The position numbers were made by a program, and so were the translations under genes. A DNA stretch of 64,000 nt from Heptranchias perlo (lineage: Eukaryota), in NCBI RefSeq assembly GCF_035084215.1, contig NC_090332.1, forward strand, positions 2,232,001 through 2,296,000, read 5' to 3'. The notes beneath the pieces were generated by a model. It saw only the letters and a list, made by a program, of their open reading frames with translations, was not told where the DNA came from and did no database searches. The number at the start of each line of letters is the position of its first letter. The stretch's first letter is position 1. Of the stretch, positions 62,847-64,000 are shown in pieces.

Positions 62847-64000
62847 GGCGGGCGGGCGGGCGCGCACAGGCGGGCGGGCGGGCGCGCACAGGCGGGCGGG
62901 CGGGCGCGCACAGGCGGGCGGGCGCACACGGGCGGGCGGGCGGGCGCACACGGGCGGGCGGGCGGGCGCACACGGGCGGGCGGGCGGGCGCACACGGGCG
63001 GGCGGGCGGGCGCACACGGGCGGGCGGGCGCACACGGGCGGGCGGGCGGGCGCACACGGGCGGGCGGGCGGGCGCACACGGGCGGGCGGGCGGGCGCACA
63101 CGGGCGGGCGGGCGGGCTCACACGGGCGGGCGGGCGGGCTCACACGGGCGGGCGGGCGCACACAGGCGGGCGGGCGGGCGCACACAGGCGGGCGGGCGGG
63201 CGCACACAGGCGGGCGGGCGGGCGCACACAGGCGGGCGGGCGCACACAGGCGAGCGGGCGGGCGCACACAGGCGGGCAGCGGGCCCACACAGGCGGGCGG
63301 GCGCACACAAGCGGGCGGGCGCACACAGGCGGGCGGGCGGGCCCACACAGGCGGGCGGGCGGGCGCACAAAGGCGGGCAGGCGGGCGGACACAGGCGGGC
63401 GGGCGCACACAGGCGGGCGGGCGGGGGGGCGCACACAGGCGGGCGGGCGGGGGGGCGCACACAGGCGGGCGGGCGCACAGAGGGGGGCGGGCGGGCGGGC
63501 GCACACAGGCGGGCGGGCGGGCGCACACAGGCGGGCGGGCGGGCGCACACAGGCGGGCGGGCGGGCGCACACAGGCGGGCGGGCGCACACAGGCGGGCGG
63601 GCGCACACAGGCAGGCGGGCGCACACAGGCGGGCGGGCGGGTGCACACAGGCGGGCGGGCGCACACAGGCGGGCGGGCGGGCGCACACAGGCGGGCGCAC
63701 ACAGGCGGGCGGGCGGGCGCACACAGGCGGGCGGGCGCACACAGGCGGGCGGGCGCGCACAGGCGGGCGCGCACAGGCGGGCGGGCGGGCGCGCACAGGC
63801 GGGCGGGCGCGCACAGGCGGGCGGGCGCACTCAGGCGGGCGGGCGCACTCAGGCGGGCGGGCGGGCGCACTCAGGCGGGCGGGCGCGCTCAGGCGGGCGG
63901 GCGCGCACAGGCGGGCGGGCGCGCACAGGCGGGCGGGCGCGCACAGGCGGGCGGGCGGGCGCACACAGGCGGGCGGGCCCACACAGGCGGGCGGGCGGGC
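62847..64000. repeat. GC-rich compound repeat (GGGC)n-GCACACA, running off the window end
   Basis: Direct repeats, extremely CpG-rich. Confidence 0.95.

Noticed and set aside
62833-63982. Pro/Ala/Arg/Cys-rich ORFs
   Set aside because: Translation of a (GGGC)n compound repeat

Overview
Repeat-dense vertebrate genomic DNA, most likely from a shark or other cartilaginous fish (inferred from the CR1/L2 LINE, Deu-domain SINE and satellite repertoire). There is a 164-N assembly gap at 30999-31162. Two host immune genes lie on the minus strand. (1) A six-exon TRIM gene (RING, B-box1, B-box2, coiled coil, PRY/SPRY; TRIM16/25/47/finTRIM type, ~572 aa; 30608->7297) with a tandem ISRE ~80 bp upstream of its ATG. 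(2) A B7/butyrophilin-type gene (IgV, IgC and TM exons; 61927->57425). The most notable feature is a 6.4-kb LTR element (8584-15029) lying antisense in the last TRIM intron. It has two 1049-bp LTRs that differ at about 5 positions, a tRNA-Arg(ACG)-like PBS overlapping the gag ATG, and a coiled-coil gag with a CCHC knuckle ending in a TGA-CTAG readthrough context. Its pol is almost entirely deleted. A splice acceptor precedes a fragmented env with a furin site, fusion peptide, heptad repeat, a Cys-rich domain resembling paramyxo/pneumovirus F protein, and a TM segment. This matches a recently mobilised, non-autonomous lokiretrovirus-like endogenous virus. The rest is CR1 LINEs (one intact 951-aa ORF2), a second LINE family, SINEs, Harbinger remnants and many minisatellites.
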